A stretch of 64,000 nucleotides of DNA from a virus (lineage: Duplodnaviria > Caudoviricetes), in IMG/VR virus record IMGVR_UViG_3300034989_000047, positions 1-64,000 of that record. One strand, written 5' to 3'. Of this stretch, positions 16,194-26,156 are shown piece by piece. Made by a program: the position numbers and the translations under genes. The notes beneath the pieces are model-generated. The model did not search any database. It had not been told where the DNA came from and worked only from the letters and a program-made list of their open reading frames with translations. Every line of letters begins with the position of its first letter. Within the stretch, counting starts at the first letter, position 1.

Positions 16194-18761
16194 ATGGAAT
16201 CACTACAGGATACACGAGACACACAAGAGGTTTATGAGGATAATCTAGACCAAGCAGAGGAGGTGCTTAGGGATACTTCACTAGATACCAAAAAGGGGAG
16301 ACTTACTGACAAGCAGATATGTAAACTTTCCGATGTCATTTTGAGCTTTTCTCAAATGATGTGCGGGATAAATTTGCACGATTATGAGTTAGAGTTTGGG
16401 TGGAGGGCTATTTATTCGATATTGGTTGAAGATGCTGAAGAGATAACCGCTCTTTTTGCTAGACAGTCAGGCAAGACAGAGACGGTTGCAGTTACAGTTT
16501 GTGGCTTGATGGTGATGTTGCCGTTGTTAGCTGAGAAGCTTCCGCAGGATGACAGAATACATAAGTTTAAGGATGGCTTTTGGGTGGGCATATATGCCCC
16601 TCATTATCATCAGTCAGACATTATGTTTCGTCGTATGAAGGCTAGAATGTATTCTCAGGAGTCTAAAGCTACCTTATTAGACCCAGAAATTGACATCGAT
16701 TTGACGAAGAAGAAAGTAATAGAGAATCTTAAGCTTCCTAATGGGTCGTTTGTTCATTGTGGAACTGCGGCTCCACAGTCCAAAATTGAGGGGGAAACCT
16801 TTCATTTAATTATTTGCGAAGAAGCGCAAGATATAGATAGGAATGCGCTTAGGTCGTCCATTCACCCGATGGCTGCGGCCACGGCTGGGTCATTAATAAA
16901 GATAGGCACAGTTAATAGAGTAAAGTCTGATTTTTTTGAAGCTTGCAAGAGGAATAAGAGGTCAGATATCGTTAACGGAAAAACTAGAGCAGCAAAACGT
17001 AAGCATTTTGAGTTTGATTATACGGTTGCTCAGAGAAATAATCCGAAATATAGTAAGTATGTAGAAAAGGAGATTGAACGGTTAGGGTACGACTCGGATG
17101 ATTTCAGGATGAAGTATAGACTTCATTGGTTATTAGAACGTGGCATGTTCGTAAACTCGGATATGTTTGATGAGTGTGGCATTAGAGAAGCTGATTATCT
17201 GAAAGTGTACAAAGGAGGCAGAGGGCGCAGAAGAGCAATAAAGTTTGTGCGTTCTCATAATTTAATAACTTATGATCCTTCAACGCAAAAAATTGTGGCG
17301 GCAGTAGATGTGGGTAAGGAGTTTTCGACTGTTGTTACTGTTGGTAGGCCGTTTTATGATATGCCTATTGATTATGCGGATACTATTCGATTTCCTATCC
17401 ATATTTGGAATTGGCTTGAGTTACAGGGAGATGACCATGAGGAGCAGCACTCCAAAATTCTTGATTTCTTAGCCAACTACAGGATTTCGGATGTTATAGT
17501 GGATGCTACGGGTAAGGGGGATCCAGTTTATTCGAGGTTGGCTGCGGATCTCAGAAGTTTAGATATAGCAGTTCATCCCTTTATTTTTTCCGCTACGAGC
17601 AAAGATAGGGGTTATAAGGCTCTTTTACAGGAGATTAACAGTAAACGGTTTACATATCCAGCCGGACCTATGGCGGCAAGAACACAGAAGTGGAAAAGGT
17701 TCCAGTTGCAGATGACCGACTTAAGAAAAACTTGGAGGGGAAACACTATGGTTGTCCAGAAAGATAAGTCCAGTGATGAGGCGCGAGACGATTATTGTAT
17801 GGCAGAGGACATGGAGGTTCTAACCCAAAGCGGTTGGGAAGGGTTTAAGACATTTTCTACCACTTCATTGGTTGCGAACTATGATCCGGGCACTGAAACA
17901 ATCCAGTACCTACCTGCAACTAGGGTCATCCGCAGAAGTCTGCATCAAAACGAGTTTATGGTCAGTATTCAGGGGGACTTTGTGGACCAATTAGTCACGG
18001 ACCAACACAAGATGTATTTTGAGAAAGTGACTAAGGGCAATATTTGGATTAGGGATATAGACACAGCGGAGAGCCTACTTCAAGTATCCCCGAATAAGAT
18101 TTCAATTCCGGCAGCGGCGAAGCAGACCCCCAGGTGGGCGACGTACCAGCGTCATGAGATACTCTCGATTGTACATAGGATACTGACAGGGGAGTTGCCG
18201 AGTATTCCAAAGTCCATGCTTGGGGCATTGACTTCGGATGAATGCTATTTTTTGTTGAGTTTACTTCTTACTAACGGGGAGTGTGGAGAGATAGGAGACA
18301 CGGATAGAGGGTATTTTGTTAAAAGTAAGGCATTGGCTGATGGAGTGCATGAGTTAGCATTTAAGTCGGGGAATTATTCACGAATAGAAATGACGGATAC
18401 AGGTTATTTGGTTCACATTTTTGATCTCAAAAGGAGTCCCATAGTTACTTGTGAGAAGAAGGAGTATAGTGGTTCGGTGTGGTGTGTAACAGTGCCTACT
18501 GGGTTCTTTATATGCAGACGCAATGGGAAAATTTCTGTGACGGGCAATTGCGACTCGGCAATGATGCTAAATTGGTTGGTGAATGTTGGGGCTTCCATGG
18601 AGGTTGAAGAAGGTGATAACATGCTTCTAGGCAGGGTTGCTCGATTGGCGTCTAATGGAGATATTCACGGGGCGGTACGTGCAATGAGTCAAAGGCTGAA
18701 AACCTACAGGAAAAATTTAGGTTTTAGCAAAAAGCGTAGGCAGAACTCAAAGTGGGATTAA
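16194..18761 (+). CDS. terL: Terminase large subunit (intein-containing)
   Basis: Walker A ARQSGKT, Walker B IICEEAQ, nuclease motifs AVDVGK and VDATGKG, and RDDY/CDS split by an intein. Confidence 0.92.
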   Translation: MESLQDTRDTQEVYEDNLDQAEEVLRDTSLDTKKGRLTDKQICKLSDVILSFSQMMCGINLHDYELEFGWRAIYSILVEDAEEITALFARQSGKTETVAVTVCGLMVMLPLLAEKLPQDDRIHKFKDGFWVGIYAPHYHQSDIMFRRMKARMYSQESKATLLDPEIDIDLTKKKVIENLKLPNGSFVHCGTAAPQSKIEGETFHLIICEEAQDIDRNALRSSIHPMAAATAGSLIKIGTVNRVKSDFFEACKRNKRSDIVNGKTRAAKRKHFEFDYTVAQRNNPKYSKYVEKEIERLGYDSDDFRMKYRLHWLLERGMFVNSDMFDECGIREADYLKVYKGGRGRRRAIKFVRSHNLITYDPSTQKIVAAVDVGKEFSTVVTVGRPFYDMPIDYADTIRFPIHIWNWLELQGDDHEEQHSKILDFLANYRISDVIVDATGKGDPVYSRLAADLRSLDIAVHPFIFSATSKDRGYKALLQEINSKRFTYPAGPMAARTQKWKRFQLQMTDLRKTWRGNTMVVQKDKSSDEARDDYCMAEDMEVLTQSGWEGFKTFSTTSLVANYDPGTETIQYLPATRVIRRSLHQNEFMVSIQGDFVDQLVTDQHKMYFEKVTKGNIWIRDIDTAESLLQVSPNKISIPAAAKQTPRWATYQRHEILSIVHRILTGELPSIPKSMLGALTSDECYFLLSLLLTNGECGEIGDTDRGYFVKSKALADGVHELAFKSGNYSRIEMTDTGYLVHIFDLKRSPIVTCEKKEYSGSVWCVTVPTGFFICRRNGKISVTGNCDSAMMLNWLVNVGASMEVEEGDNMLLGRVARLASNGDIHGAVRAMSQRLKTYRKNLGFSKKRRQNSKWD
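17796..18548 (+). mobile_element. Intein (251 aa) with degenerate LAGLIDADG region
   Basis: Block A CMAEDMEVLTQSGW, block B VTDQHKM, block F YSGSVWCVTVPTGFF, C-terminus VTGN followed by Cys+1. Confidence 0.9.
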
Positions 18762-18772
18762 TGGAGGAGTAA

Positions 18773-20377
18773 ATGTCCGGATATTCGGTGTCTTCAGCTG
18801 AGATAAGGTTTGGCATAGCCAATTCCTTTGAAACCCTTTTCAGTGAGGAATTGGGTTTAAACCATGCGCGTAGGCTTCAAGCATATCGGCGTTATTGGTT
18901 AGCATATTTTGGGGAGCATTGGTCGTATAAGAGAGACCCAGGGGAAGTGGAGAATACGGTCAACTATTGCAGAAAGGCAATAAATAGTCATTTGGATTTC
19001 GCGTTTAGTAAAGGTTTTGAAAATATAGTTCCGGATGATCCCTCGACGACAGAAAATGAGCAATTAACCCGTGATTTCATTAAGGTGAAGTTGGATGAAA
19101 CGTGGGAGAAAAACAATAAAGAGCTTTGGCTGGTTGATTGCGGTCAGGGGGGTGGGGTTACAGGGGATGTATTTGCTCGGGTCAGTTGGGATAAGACCGA
19201 TTTATTCGAGGATGCCTATGCCAGGGTGGACATAATTCCGAGTCATTTTTGCTTCCCTGAGTTCTGCGGGCCGCACGGGGTCGACAGAAAGCGCATAAAG
19301 AGGTTACTGATAGTCATCCCGACTTTTATGGATGTTAACTGGAATGAGTTGGCTCCCGGAAGGCTGCTAGAAAAGAACTTGGGCAACAATCGAGTTACCC
19401 TAGTGATGAAGGCGGAGCTTTGGACGTCACCAGTGGTGGACGAGAACGGGAATATTCAAACACCGGCTATGGTATATGAGTATGAAGATAATAATCTGAT
19501 AAGTGAGAGAGTTAATCCCCTACAGGAAATCCCTGTAGTTCATATACCCAATTACCCGGTTACGGGGGAATACTACGGCATCTCGGATTTGGTAGACGTA
19601 GTAGATTTGAATACAGAGTTCAATGAAAAGATTACGGACATTTCAGACATCATTGATTATCACGGGTCGCCACAAACGATTGTCAAAGGATGTCGGCTAA
19701 ATCAGCTTGAGCGAGGGGCTAATCGTATTTGGGGTATTCCCGAGACGGGGGATGTGTTCAACCTTGAGTTGAAGGGGGATATGTCGGCAGCGTTAAAGCA
19801 CGTTGAGTTCTTGAAGAAGTCTTTTCAGGAGCTCTCGAGTTGTCCCGACCATTTCTGGGGTACCCCTTTGCCTATCAGCAACACTTCAGGGGCAGCATTA
19901 CAGATTATGTTCATGCCAGTTTTGCAAAAACGGGACATGAAAGCGATGGTTTACGGTGCGGGAATTCAGAGAATCAATCGACTTATTTTGAGAATGAATG
20001 AGATAGCTGATTTGGATTTTGCGAAAAAGATGAAGAATATTAAAAATCGCTATCGAAACAAGGTAAAGTTCCCTGACCCGATGCCTAGGGATGAAGTTCG
20101 TGAGCTTGAAAGGAACAAGTTGGAAAAAGACCTCGGGATTACTTCCCGGAAGTTCATTCTAAAGAGTAGAGGGCTGACCGATGCCCAAGCAAAAGATATC
20201 ATGAAAGATGCCGATAAAGATCGGGAAGAAGAGGCCTTGCAGGATTACGAAGTAGGGCTTGGAAGCGGAAACGGAAATTTTGCTCGTGGAGGGTCCAGCG
20301 ACACTCGGGGTGAAAAGATTTCTGAAGCCATGAATGACAAAGCCGACGGTCCGAATTCTCCTAAAGAGGAAGAATAG
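18773..20377 (+). CDS. Portal protein (SPP1 gp6-like)
   Basis: Follows terL; NPLQEIPVVHIPN..YGISDL and SNTSGAAL motifs; 534 aa. Confidence 0.85.
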   Translation: MSGYSVSSAEIRFGIANSFETLFSEELGLNHARRLQAYRRYWLAYFGEHWSYKRDPGEVENTVNYCRKAINSHLDFAFSKGFENIVPDDPSTTENEQLTRDFIKVKLDETWEKNNKELWLVDCGQGGGVTGDVFARVSWDKTDLFEDAYARVDIIPSHFCFPEFCGPHGVDRKRIKRLLIVIPTFMDVNWNELAPGRLLEKNLGNNRVTLVMKAELWTSPVVDENGNIQTPAMVYEYEDNNLISERVNPLQEIPVVHIPNYPVTGEYYGISDLVDVVDLNTEFNEKITDISDIIDYHGSPQTIVKGCRLNQLERGANRIWGIPETGDVFNLELKGDMSAALKHVEFLKKSFQELSSCPDHFWGTPLPISNTSGAALQIMFMPVLQKRDMKAMVYGAGIQRINRLILRMNEIADLDFAKKMKNIKNRYRNKVKFPDPMPRDEVRELERNKLEKDLGITSRKFILKSRGLTDAQAKDIMKDADKDREEEALQDYEVGLGSGNGNFARGGSSDTRGEKISEAMNDKADGPNSPKEEE

Positions 20378-20382
20378 TTTGA

Positions 20383-21252
20383 ATGCCAGCTGATAAAATA
20401 CTTGGAGAGGTTGTAGACGTTTTATTCAGGTCTTGGGTTCGAGAGTCCAGATATGTCCGGACACCTTTTCAAAAGATGAATAGAAAGATTCAGGGAAGGT
20501 TGGGCAAGTCAGGGTTTAATGCCTCGGGGGAATGGATGCTTAAAAGAAACGCTGATAGACTTTCTGCGGCAATTCGGAAGGACATGGGTAAAGTCTTTAA
20601 CGAGGTTGATTTAGAAATACAGTCTGCGGTGGAAAGAGCAGCTGCTAGAGCAGTTAAGTACCAGAAGAGATTTTTGAAGGCTGCGAATGTCCCCTTTTTA
20701 AAGAGTGCCGAAATCAATGCTATTCATAATGAAGCGTCGAAGATTTTGAACGAAGATTTCCCGAAGGGTTCTGGATTAAGCTATCGTGACCGGCTGAAAA
20801 TGATAAGAATGCGGCATGAAAGAGAACTTCTGGGGTCGTTACGAGCTTCCTATAAGTCAGGAGATGCGTTAGCCCGTATAGCTAAAGAGGCCAAATTACG
20901 GCTTACGAGCAATACTCCCGGAGTAAAGGTACGTGTTTCAGGGGGGAGTGTTGCCAAGCAGGTCTCTAGGGTTATGGTCGCAGAGGAGGCTAGAATTTCT
21001 CATGAGATAGAACGGCGTATTTTGATCGCGCATAACGTTGAGTATGGTTATTGGAGGTTGAGCCCAGAGCATAAGTGGGAGGGGGGTTCAGAAATCTGTG
21101 AAGTATTGGCGGCGAGGACTGGTGAGGGGTTAGCAACTTCTGTAAAGAGGGAAAAGCACGGCCCGCTTATCCTTGAAGGGCTTTATCGTCTAGACGCCTG
21201 GCCGGAATATCCCCATCCATATTGTAAATGTCATATGGAGCCTTGGATTTAA
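20383..21252 (+). CDS. Head morphogenesis / minor capsid protein (SPP1 gp7-like)
   Basis: C-terminal EIC..PHPYCKC; follows the portal. Confidence 0.7.
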   Translation: MPADKILGEVVDVLFRSWVRESRYVRTPFQKMNRKIQGRLGKSGFNASGEWMLKRNADRLSAAIRKDMGKVFNEVDLEIQSAVERAAARAVKYQKRFLKAANVPFLKSAEINAIHNEASKILNEDFPKGSGLSYRDRLKMIRMRHERELLGSLRASYKSGDALARIAKEAKLRLTSNTPGVKVRVSGGSVAKQVSRVMVAEEARISHEIERRILIAHNVEYGYWRLSPEHKWEGGSEICEVLAARTGEGLATSVKREKHGPLILEGLYRLDAWPEYPHPYCKCHMEPWI

Positions 21253-21371
21253 TCGGAAAATTTAAGTTGAAATCAGGTTCATTAGACTATAGAATTATTG
21301 TGTTGGTCGTTAAGACTGTTTAACGGTTAATTTTGTTGGGGAGTCAAGTAGTTACCTAAAGGAGGCCGAAA

Positions 21372-21563
21372 ATGGCGAATAGTGCTGGGAAAGTTACCGG
21401 TGGTGACCAGAGTAAAACCGATACCAATCGGGGGTCATCTATGACCTTCCCTTTCACCAAGGGAGGCAGAAAGACCAATCGAATTGGGAGCCCTCCGGGG
21501 ACACCCAATTCGAATACAGTTGACGGAAATGCCCGAAAGGCGAGTGACCCGAGGTACGCGTAA
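21372..21563 (+). CDS. Small Gly/Thr-rich protein
   Basis: Strong AAAGGAGG RBS; lies in the head module. Confidence 0.6.
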   Translation: MANSAGKVTGGDQSKTDTNRGSSMTFPFTKGGRKTNRIGSPPGTPNSNTVDGNARKASDPRYA

Positions 21564-21603
21564 AGACTTCGGTAAGTTCATGGATTCATTATAGGAGTAA
21601 ATT

Positions 21604-22407
21604 ATGGGTGTAGAAAACGAAAATAATCAAGACACAGCTTCCGAGGGTAAAGCTCATGGAGGGGTAACCCCTTCGGTAGAGGGCGGTGGAGCTCCTCCGG
21701 AGGCATCACAGAAAACAGAAAAGAAGACTGAAGAGGAGAATGTAGGACCACTTTATTCGGCAGCACAGTTGAATGAGCTTTTGAATAAAGTCAGAAAAGA
21801 CGAGAAGGCTAAGCATCAAGGAAAGCTTGAAGAAACCGCAAAGTTAATCAAAAGCCAAGCGGAGAGTCTCAAGCAGTTTGAGGCTAAGTTAGAGGAAGCA
21901 AAGAGTAAAATGGATACTCTTAAGGAAACTAAGTCCAAAGCAAAGGGCGAAGTTTCCGAAGAGTTGGAGAAGCTCCGAGAAGAAAAGAGGAAGCTGGAAT
22001 TGGGTATGGAAGAGTTGGCAACCTTGTCGGCGAAGCAGATTCAGGCTGTGGAGCTACAGGGGGTTAAGGAGAGATTGATTTTAAAGCATGGACTTAAGTT
22101 TCCGGAATTGGTTTATGGGGAAACTGTTGAAGAGTTGGAGAAGTCAGCTGAAGAAGCTTTGAAGAGAGAGCAAGCTCTTATTCAAGAAGCCGTAAAGGAA
22201 GCTGAAGTTCGTGCGAAAGAAAAACTTTCTTCTACCATGGTTGAAGGCCTTCCAAAGCCTATGTCTCCAAACGCATCGTTGGGCAATGGCAATGATTTGC
22301 CTACTGGCCATAAGTCGTTTGAGCAGATTGCGGCTCTTCCTAAAGACCAGTTTCTGAAAATTCGGTCGGAGATACTCCAAGAAGCTAGGAGAAAAGCCGG
22401 AATTTAA
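21604..22407 (+). CDS. Capsid scaffolding protein
   Basis: E/K-rich coiled coil immediately upstream of the capsid gene; VYGETVEELEKSAE motif. Confidence 0.75.
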   Translation: MGVENENNQDTASEGKAHGGVTPSVEGGGAPPEASQKTEKKTEEENVGPLYSAAQLNELLNKVRKDEKAKHQGKLEETAKLIKSQAESLKQFEAKLEEAKSKMDTLKETKSKAKGEVSEELEKLREEKRKLELGMEELATLSAKQIQAVELQGVKERLILKHGLKFPELVYGETVEELEKSAEEALKREQALIQEAVKEAEVRAKEKLSSTMVEGLPKPMSPNASLGNGNDLPTGHKSFEQIAALPKDQFLKIRSEILQEARRKAGI

Positions 22408-22435
22408 CTACCGGCATAGCTAAGGAGAATCAGAT

Positions 22436-23398
22436 ATGGCAAGTTATTCCGGTGTACAGACGGCGGGGGATGTTAAGGCTCTTCCTCAAGCAGTGTTGGA
22501 TGTCTTTTCCATGGACATGCTTCATGAAGCTTTAGGCATCATGAAGTTTGATGTCTTTGCGGTCAAAAAGACAGAGCTCACGAAGCAGCCGGGTGAGACC
22601 ATCACCATGACTCGGTACAACAACATCCCCCGGGGCGGCCGTTTGGATGAGCATGTCGAGATGGTTGAGAAGTCGATGTCTGCAAGTCAGCAGGCTATCA
22701 CGGTCACTGAGTGGGGCAACGCGATTGGTGTTACCGAAAAACTGCTTCAGCTTTCGGCAGACGACCAAATGTCCGAGGCAGGAGTTCAGTTGGGTCGGGA
22801 CTATGCCGTAGTTCATGACCTCATGCACCGCGATGCATTGACCGCAGCAACCCAAGCCCTGTATGCGGGTGATCATACCTCCATGGCCGCGATGGTTGGT
22901 GGGACGGATTATTTCGACGTTGAAATGATTCGACAGGGTGTGGAGATTCTCCAAACGGGCAATGCTCCCAAGTTCATGGGTGATTTCTACGTGTGTTTCA
23001 TCACCCCTCACCAAGCCGCATCGATCAAGCGAGACCCCGATTGGATTGGAGCGCAGAATTATGCGGGCACTCGAGCACTGTTCACCGGTGAGATTGGCCG
23101 TTGGGAGGATGTTATCTTCATTTCAACCACGCATTGTCGTTCGGGTGCGGGAGCTTCGGTAGACCCCGGATACGAGGCCACTTTCGTGAACGCAGCGGTT
23201 GGAGGCGGAGTCCCGGCGCATGTTTATGAGGGTTTCCTGTTGGGAGACAGTGCCTATGGCAAAGCCACGGCACTCCCGGCAGAGGTTCGTCAGAGTGAGG
23301 TCAAAGATTACGGCAGAAAGCACGGATTGGCCTGGTACGCGATTATGGGTTCCGGGATTTTGGATGACAAGTTTGTCGTCCGTATGTTGAGCGTGTAG
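22436..23398 (+). CDS. Major capsid protein (N4 gp56-like family)
   Basis: PGETITMTRY, EWGNAIGVTE, YVCFITPHQA..DPDW, GEIGRWEDVIFI, DYGRKHGLAWY. Confidence 0.88.
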   Translation: MASYSGVQTAGDVKALPQAVLDVFSMDMLHEALGIMKFDVFAVKKTELTKQPGETITMTRYNNIPRGGRLDEHVEMVEKSMSASQQAITVTEWGNAIGVTEKLLQLSADDQMSEAGVQLGRDYAVVHDLMHRDALTAATQALYAGDHTSMAAMVGGTDYFDVEMIRQGVEILQTGNAPKFMGDFYVCFITPHQAASIKRDPDWIGAQNYAGTRALFTGEIGRWEDVIFISTTHCRSGAGASVDPGYEATFVNAAVGGGVPAHVYEGFLLGDSAYGKATALPAEVRQSEVKDYGRKHGLAWYAIMGSGILDDKFVVRMLSV

Positions 23399-23412
23399 TC
23401 CGAGGAGGGCAA

Positions 23413-23712
23413 ATGGCAAAGACGAAAAAGGTTTCTAAGGAATATGTAGTTCCGAGTCAGAGTGCCGTAGAAGCTAAGCCGAAGGAGAAGGTTCCTGAGG
23501 TTAAGGAGTCGAAGCCGATAGTTGCGTTTTCTGTGAACAAGGCGAAGGATATTCGCCATGCGGTACCGGCGGAAGATGTTTTGTTCAAAGCAGTAGCTTT
23601 GCAGGACGCTTCGAGGTTCGTTGGCGGGTGGATCACTTTAGAAGCAGGAAAAGAAGTCCGTGCTCGAAAAGAGGTTATTGAGAGTCTTCGGCGTCAAGGA
23701 CTAGTGAGGTAA
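23413..23712 (+). CDS. Hypothetical head-associated protein
   Basis: GAGGAGG RBS; follows the capsid gene. Confidence 0.6.
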   Translation: MAKTKKVSKEYVVPSQSAVEAKPKEKVPEVKESKPIVAFSVNKAKDIRHAVPAEDVLFKAVALQDASRFVGGWITLEAGKEVRARKEVIESLRRQGLVR

Positions 23713-23716
23713 TTGT

Positions 23717-24496
23717 GTGGCCACACTTGAGCAAGTTGTCGATGCAATCCGGGTTAAGGTCTCGGACTATGCACAGCCAAGAAAGTTTGACATAAGCTAT
23801 TACGAAGCTGCGATTTCCTTTGCTCTAAGTAAGCTAAGTCACGATTTCCACGAAGAGTATCTCACCATAGCCGATGTCCCCTATGATCGGGAGTTCCTCC
23901 TGATTAAGCTTGCCACAATCGAGATGTGCTATACCCGGTCGCAGTCAGTACAGCAGTCTGATTTAGATCCCGATTCAGACGATGATTTCGGACCGGTCAC
24001 TTCGGTTCAAACCCCCGATTTGATGGTTATGAAGCGCGGGGAATCCAGCGAGGACACCGCTTCTAGGTGGCTTCGGATTGCCGCAGATTTACAAGCTGAG
24101 TATGACGACGAGTTGCGTAACTCCGGGGGGTCAGCTTTTGTCGCCGAAATCGTAGTTGATACGGTTAATCGTAAGTCGATGAAGACCGGGGGGCTTGCAA
24201 GTAGAAAGCTGGATATGGGGCTGCCGGCGGTAGCGCTGTCGGCTGTAGTTGAGAGTAATACTGTGGCACTTACTTGGAGTAAGCTGTATAGCGATTTGTT
24301 TCAGCAGTATGAGGTTTATCGTGCCACTTCGATTACTTTCAGCGATAAGCAGCGCATTTCTGTAATCTGCGATAATCATGAAGTTGAGTATCTTGATACC
24401 GGACTTCAGTCAGGGACGTATCACTATCGGGTGTATACGGTTAATCCAAATCTAATAAAAACTCCGAGTAATAGTGTAACCATAGAGGTAGTCTGA
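23717..24496 (+). CDS. Head-tail adaptor with C-terminal FN3-like domain
   Basis: Helical N-terminus typical of connectors; VALTWS..YEVYR..YLDTGLQSGTYHYRV. Confidence 0.65.
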   Translation: MATLEQVVDAIRVKVSDYAQPRKFDISYYEAAISFALSKLSHDFHEEYLTIADVPYDREFLLIKLATIEMCYTRSQSVQQSDLDPDSDDDFGPVTSVQTPDLMVMKRGESSEDTASRWLRIAADLQAEYDDELRNSGGSAFVAEIVVDTVNRKSMKTGGLASRKLDMGLPAVALSAVVESNTVALTWSKLYSDLFQQYEVYRATSITFSDKQRISVICDNHEVEYLDTGLQSGTYHYRVYTVNPNLIKTPSNSVTIEVV

Positions 24497-24918
24497 TGGT
24501 AACCGAGTCCCTTGCCCAACGGTCAGCGGATGTGGTTATTAGAAGATACCGAACATCCACTATTTTGGTTAGGAAGTATGTATCCTCCGGAGTTCCGGAC
24601 AGATTTGGTCAAGCTATTCCTGTTTATGCTACTGGATTAGATGTTGTTGGGCGGGCGATACACCACCCCACCAAGGAGCAAATATCGTTTATTGGGGATG
24701 CCGAGAGATACGGAGCCGCATTTCTGTTTAGTAGGTTAGAAATGTTGCGGAAGTTCCCGGGGTTGGCCGAGGGGAAGTGGATAACCACCTATGACCGGAT
24801 TGTGTGGAACGGCAATGATTATAAGCTTGAAAAAGTTCAGCCTACGGGGCAAGTAGGGCGAACGTTTTCACTTGTAATAGCTTTGGGGAACACCCCGGAA
24901 GGAGAACGAGTTCCATGA
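24496..24918 (+). CDS. Head closure / stopper protein
   Basis: DRFGQ..., DRIVWNGNDYKLEKV; gene order. Confidence 0.6.
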   Translation: MVTESLAQRSADVVIRRYRTSTILVRKYVSSGVPDRFGQAIPVYATGLDVVGRAIHHPTKEQISFIGDAERYGAAFLFSRLEMLRKFPGLAEGKWITTYDRIVWNGNDYKLEKVQPTGQVGRTFSLVIALGNTPEGERVP

Positions 24919-25388
24919 CAGACCCGTTTTATGGGGATTGGATGCAGCTTTCGGCTATGGTTCGTCGGGGGAAGTCTCCCAAGACGATTACTGTGGCTTC
25001 CAGAAAGCTGGAAGCGTTGGGGAATGAGATACGAAGGTCCATAAGGGGGCACATACGAAAGCAGGATTTGGACTGGGGACCTCTAGTCTCGGGAAGCATT
25101 AGGAGGAAGGGGTTTGATAAAATTTATGTGAGTCGTGGGGCTTATATGAAGTCTATCACGGTAGATGTTACGAAAACCGATGTAGGAGCGGAGGTTGTTG
25201 TATCTCCGGAAGGTGAGCATTATTCTGGGTTGGACATGAAGACCTTGGCGCATTATTTGGAGTACGGTACGAAGAAGATGATATCTCGTCCTTTGTGGCG
25301 CCCTGTATTTTCCGAAGTTGAAAGCATGCGTACATCGAGTAAGCTAATAAAGTCTGTTGGTTCGTATGTCTTGACAGGGATGGAATAG
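24915..25388 (+). CDS. Neck / tail-completion protein (HK97 gp10-like)
   Basis: AHYLEYGTKKMISRPLWRP motif. Confidence 0.75.
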   Translation: MTDPFYGDWMQLSAMVRRGKSPKTITVASRKLEALGNEIRRSIRGHIRKQDLDWGPLVSGSIRRKGFDKIYVSRGAYMKSITVDVTKTDVGAEVVVSPEGEHYSGLDMKTLAHYLEYGTKKMISRPLWRPVFSEVESMRTSSKLIKSVGSYVLTGME

Positions 25389-26096
25389 ATGAGTTTGTCG
25401 GTTAGTCAGGAAGCGTTCGAGATAGCACTGATAGGTCGGTATTCCGGATTCACGATGGATGTTCTAGGTGTGCCGACAGGGGTACCGGTGTTTTTGGAAG
25501 CGCCTTCTGATGAGCTGATAACAGATAGGGTTTTTCCTTCGGTTTCAATCAGGTATCTAGGTGAAGATGAAGCTTCTGATTTGAGGGAGTCTTCGGATAA
25601 AGATACCGAGGAAGTTGATTATGATGATTCCGTATTTCCTCCTGAGCGGGTTATGCGGGAGACCTCCGACCCGATACGTTTGAGGTACTCTATAGATACT
25701 TGGCATAAAGACCGAGCCGCAGAAGACCAGGTGCTTTACCATGAAATGCTTAGGCGACGTACCCCGAGTCGAGGGCATATTTCTGTTTTGAATTTGGACA
25801 GTGAACCGGTTGATTTATGGCTGTTCAAGGTTAATGGGAGTTTGGCAACACATGACTATGAAGACATCGATACCTATGTTTATCATAAGAGCATTACGGT
25901 AGAAACGCTTGTGTACTTGGCTGAAGTTGAGTACGATGATGTTGTAAGGGAAAAGGTTGTGGAAGAGGTTCATTGGGAAGTGCAGTCGAGGGGAATGGTA
26001 TTGGGGTCTAAGGGGATGTTGGTTGGGGTTGAAAGTTCAAAAGACGTTACGGATGTTGATATGGTCGTAACGGTAGATAGTTTAGAACGGCTTTAA
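25389..26096 (+). CDS. Tail terminator (Pvc16/DUF4255-like)
   Basis: Lies directly before the sheath; PSVSI..PIRLRYSIDTW. Confidence 0.55.
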   Translation: MSLSVSQEAFEIALIGRYSGFTMDVLGVPTGVPVFLEAPSDELITDRVFPSVSIRYLGEDEASDLRESSDKDTEEVDYDDSVFPPERVMRETSDPIRLRYSIDTWHKDRAAEDQVLYHEMLRRRTPSRGHISVLNLDSEPVDLWLFKVNGSLATHDYEDIDTYVYHKSITVETLVYLAEVEYDDVVREKVVEEVHWEVQSRGMVLGSKGMLVGVESSKDVTDVDMVVTVDSLERL

Positions 26097-26156
26097 AACA
26101 AGCCTCCCTTTAAGTATCATCAGTCACGTGGGAGGGAATGAGTTGAGGAGAAAGCA

